Shown piece after piece: positions 59,105 through 64,000 of a DNA stretch of 64,000 nt; the first letter of the stretch is position 1; each line of letters opens with the position of its first letter. A program made the position numbers and the translations under genes. A model generated the notes under the pieces. It saw nothing but the letters and a program-made list of their open reading frames with translations. It was not told where the DNA came from and made no database searches. This stretch comes from the human T2T-CHM13v2.0 reference genome, Homo sapiens: the NCBI RefSeq assembly GCF_009914755.1, contig NC_060928.1; one strand, 5' to 3'.

Positions 59105-61183
59105 AAAACAGGACATTCTTTTACATCGTTATAGTATAGTTATCAAACAGGATATTTAATTTAGTACACATTATTATGTAACCTATAGTCTGGCAGATTT
59201 TGGCACATTTAGTTGCATTAAGGTGAAACAGTTTACAGCCTTTGTCTTTCATAACATGGTCATTTTTGGAATAGTTCAGGCCATATTTTTATAGAATGTC
59301 TCTCAATTTGGATTTGTCTGATGTTCCCTCATGAGTAGATTCCAGTTATGCATTTTGGGCAGGAATATCACAGATGCGATGTTTTATCCTTTTCAGTGCA
59401 GCCTATCAGGAGGCACATTATGTCAGATTGCACACAGTGCTATTTGGTTAAGCTTTATTGAATTAATAAGTAATTTGTAGAGAGATACTTTCAGACTGTG
59501 TAATACCTTGTTTCTTTTCAACCTTGCACTCACTAGTTTATATTCATTGGATGCTTCTTGCCTATGATAGTTACAAAATGGTGATTTTCAAGTCTGTCAT
59601 CCTTCTATATTTATTAGTTGCCACTCTTCTGTAAGAAAGTTTTTTCTTCTCTTTTTATTTCTTTATTTACCATCAGTATCAACTCATAAATTTTTATTTT
59701 ATTAAGTGACTTATAATTCAACACTATTATTGTTAGTTTTAATGCTCAAGTTATCCCAGGTTGTGAGTGGCAACCTGACTTTTGACCCCTTGGAAATGCC
59801 CCCAACCATTCTATGGCAACTTCCTTCATTTCTGGCATAACAACATATTACAGGCTTATCTTATCATTTACCTGCCCCAGCCCTAGAGTCAGCTGTTTCT
59901 CTAAGGAGTCCTGACTCCCTTTACTAGAGAAGAGCATTTAGAAATTAAGATTAGAGCAGTAAGTATGCTCATTGTTAATGAACTGTTACAGCTTCTAGGT
60001 CATCTCAGTAGGGACCTGTATGTATAGATCTATTAGGAAATAGATGTATGCATGCATTCATGTACACATACAAACACATATACAACTATACACATCAATA
60101 TCTACTGATACATCTATATCTTTTATCCATCTATCTATATATATGTATACTAAAAATCATGAGTTTATACAGATACATCTAATTCAAATCTAACAATACA
60201 GGATTCTTCCTGCTTTTTCCAAATTCAGTATCTGTTTCTGCCTTTTCCAACAGTAAAAATAATAGCCTTTAACATCATTATTGCATTTGCTCATTTTGTC
60301 AGTCTCTCAATATATGGATAGTACTTTCAGAATTACTATACCCACATTTGTGTGAAAAATATACCTACTGAGTTGAATTCCAGATGGTTTACCTTTATTT
60401 TCATCTTTGAAGTGAGGATGTATAGTCAAAGTTCTCATGCAGATACTTGTGCTATTCTGTACAAAATGAATTCTATGAAGAATGAAAGGTTTTAGTTAGT
60501 ATTAATCATGTTACGTAACAAAAAGATTTGGCTATGACCATCAATACTCAGTAGTAGGATAGTCTTCTACTTCACTGAGAACATCCAGGCAATTGCATAC
60601 TCTTTTACTATTTGGCCTCAAATACCCATGTGATTTCCTTCTCTGTGTGATGAACAAGGTTAACTAGTGTTTGAGCCTGAGGACTCCTTTTGTTAAGTCC
60701 AGAGTCACCCTCTGTTTTTGCCTTGTGAATTTTTGTCCTCTGAGTATAAAAGAGGGTTATGTTCTTTTGCCTTAAGACCTAGAACAAAGCTGGCCTAAGC
60801 CACTTAATCCATGCATTATTTCACTGTGGCCCTCTCTGTTCTCCAGTAGTTCTTAGGTAGGTGGTTCCTATAGTAGAGGTTGCTACTAGCACATAATAAC
60901 TATATAAATCATGTAGGAGGGAAGATAGTCAGAAGCATGACCTTACATAAGATAAAGAAGACAAAAAGATAGGTGCTTAGGTGTTGTTCCAGTTATAATC
61001 TCTTTTGTTCACATATTTGATGTCTTAGAAATATGGCCCCATTAAATGTACCTGAGAATTTAGTTTTGCTTTTAAGCTACATGAAAGTACCATCTTCTAG
61101 GGAGAGTGATATGGGGAGAGTGCATAAAAACCTTAAACATTACCACCCATTCACCCTCATCCCTTGCCACCTACTTTAGAGTA

Positions 61184-61555
61184 CAATTGACCCTTGAATA
61201 ACATGGGGGTTAGGGTCGCTGACTCCCCATGCAGTTGAAAATCTGCATATAACTTTTGACTCCCCAAAAACTTAATAGCCTACTGTTGACTGGAAGTCTC
61301 ACCAATAACCTAAACAGTTGATTGACACATATTTTATATGTTATATGTATTATAATAAAGTAAGCTTGAGAAAAGGTGATAAAAATCATAAGGAAGAGAA
61401 AATATATTTACTATTTATTAGGTGGAAATGGCTCATCATCAAGGTGTACATTCTCATCATCTTCATTTTAGGTAAGTTAAGGATGAGGAGGAAGTGGAGG
61501 GGTTGGTCTTGCAGTCTTGGGGGTGGCAGAGCATTTCAAACCTGTGGGTCAAGTG
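61184..61555. mobile_element. Tigger2a-like DNA transposon
   Basis: ta|caattgacccttgaa...gggtcaagtg|ta termini. Confidence 0.8.
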
Positions 61556-62444
61556 TATATACTTCTCAGCTGCGATAAAAGGAAAAAATTTAATGCAAGA
61601 GTTTTATCAGAAGGAGATATTATAGTGTCTTCTTTCTAGAAGGCTTTAAAGCTAGCAGATGACATTGCTTGGGATAATAATTTATGAAATCTTAGAACAA
61701 GAATTATGAACTGGTATATTCTAACTCTTTGTGTAGATCACTGATTGAATTGATGTTTCTAGGAAGTATGAATTTTTTTAATTCTAGTGGCAGATTATCC
61801 TCTTAGTAGCAAGATATTCTTATCAACCTTTATGTGTAGTTATTATTGTTGACTAAAGTTTTAAATGTAAAGGCTTATCCTTATGAGGATCATTTATATA
61901 AATACTCTGGTTTTTTTCCCATTTATTTTCTGTAAAATATTTGGAGTTGAAAAGAATGAACTGACCCTTAACATTAGGAAAAAATATAAAACAAGGTAGT
62001 GATGTATAACTAATAAAAATTGGCTTCAATAAAAAGTCTGTGTGCTCTAGTCCCTACTTCTTTGTTGTATGTTTCTATAAACCAACAGCAGCACCCCTTC
62101 TTTCTTCTCCCAGCAGAAGTGATTTGGGGAAGCAAGGGAAGAGTGTGGTCAAGGTCTTTGGAAAGAGGCAGATACAAGGTGAAGAATGAAAGGGCTAAAG
62201 GCAGCCTTTTCCCCTATTATTGATTCTTAACTAGGTTCTTACCAACTCTTGAGTGTATGGTAAATATGTAGGCACATTATTTATTGCTATTCTTGCCAGA
62301 AGGCAAGGGATGCTAAAAGTTCACCAAACAAAGAATGGTCTGATCCACAATGTCAGTAATGCTCTCCTTTGCAGGGAATCCAAAACACAAAAGCTTTTTC
62401 TAAGGCCGGTAGGCAGGACATGCAGATGCTGCTTTGTCCTAAAT

Positions 62445-62610
62445 CATTACTTTTCAAACTAGGATATCTATCAGAATCATTTGGAAGGCTTGTTAAATCA
62501 GATTGCAGGGCCCTACCCCACAGTTTCTCTTACAGGTCTGGGGTAGAGCCCTAGAATTGCATTTCTAAGAAATATCTCTGTGATACTGCTTCTGCTGCTT
62601 TGGAAACCAC
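62445..62610. mobile_element. MER5-like hAT element
   Basis: tcagaatcatttggaaggcttgttaaa...aggtctggggtagagccc...gcatttctaa. Confidence 0.7.
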
Positions 62611-63118
62611 ACCATGTGAAGTATTACCCTAGGGAACCAATATAATGCATGCACTGGCTACTTGATTTCACTCTTTGCCACCCAGATAACATGAACAGTA
62701 TCAAACCTGTCCAAATATTTCTTTAAAACTTAATTCTTTTTCTGTTTTTAGCAAAGAGTAAGTCATATATAAGAGCTTGTGCATATCTCTGTGCCATTTG
62801 CTAACTATAAGAATGTCTATTTTAGACCAGTTATACTGACAAATATAAGTGGAAGTGAAAGTATCCTGATAATGTAAATAAAAATAATGGTCTCCTTTAA
62901 GAAAATTTTATTTTTTGTAAAATACTCATCTTGGGTTCTTATTATTTCTACTTTACCACACTAGATGAGACTCAAAACTAGCACGTTTGTTTTCTTAACT
63001 TTTAAAAAATTCTTCAGGTTGACAGTGTAAACAGTTTGTTGTTGTTGTTTATATTAAATAACTTTAGATTTTAAGGCTATTACATTTTGAACTTTTTGGC
63101 ATTTAAAATACTAAAAGT

Positions 63119-63445
<327 letters not shown>

Positions 63446-64000
63446 TCAAAGAGGTGGGTTTTGTTCTGTTTTGTTTTGTTTTTTCACTTTCTGGGAAAAA
63501 TTTTTCTAACTTAAATGTTTTTCATTTCTCTAAGTTATATTTAGCTTTGAAATTCAAAACCTGCCCATATTTGACTCAGAACGCTACCAATTTTTGAGTA
63601 TTTTCTCTTCTATTAAGAGTGAAATTCTCAATACGCATTTTGTTGCTTTGTCAAAATGTTATTTAAAGTGTTTATTTAAACTTATTTTTAATCTGAAATT
63701 AAATGCCTCTAAACAATTCTATATATAAATATGGGCACAATTTATATTAAATGGTTTAAAATATAACAAGATTGCCAAGAACATGTTTGCTATTTGCTTA
63801 ATAATACTCTTTGGATTTAGTGCCAAAATATTAGTGTATATCAGTATAGAAATTGAAATAGATATATATTACATACGATATGTATTATATATTGTATATA
63901 TGAGTGATATATAGAGCAAAACATGTGTTAAATTTATTTCTTTTTCTGGGAGAAAGTTAGAGAAGTCAGCCAGAGTAATAGGAAAAATAATTTAAACTGG

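Overview
AT-rich, Alu/L1-dense primate (human-like) genomic DNA, not prokaryotic. The window holds the head-to-head gene pair INTS12 (- strand, Integrator subunit 12, PHD finger) and GSTCD (+ strand), sharing a CpG-island bidirectional promoter at ~23.5-24.4 kb; I recognise this as the human 4q24 lung-function locus. I traced five INTS12 coding exons (codons 1-268; last exon lies left of the window) and four GSTCD coding exons (413 codons + 1 nt; the rest lies to the right), all with GT-AG sites and consistent phases. The remainder is transposon-derived: about 18 Alus, a TSD-flanked but inactive full-length L1PA, an older internally deleted L1, two MST-type solo LTRs, MER1/MER2/MER5/MER58/Tigger elements and L2 remnants. 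I see no convincing new multi-gene system. Best leads: a tRNA-Arg(TCT) 5'-half inside a fold-back hairpin followed by an A-run (35.0 kb); an L2-derived INTS12 5'UTR exon loaded with uATGs; long spliced uORFs over the GSTCD start; an extended L1 ORF0 co-oriented with GSTCD; and several template-switch micro-rearrangements. Gene names, repeat subfamilies and consensus comparisons are from memory, not from searches; repeat boundaries without TSDs are approximate.
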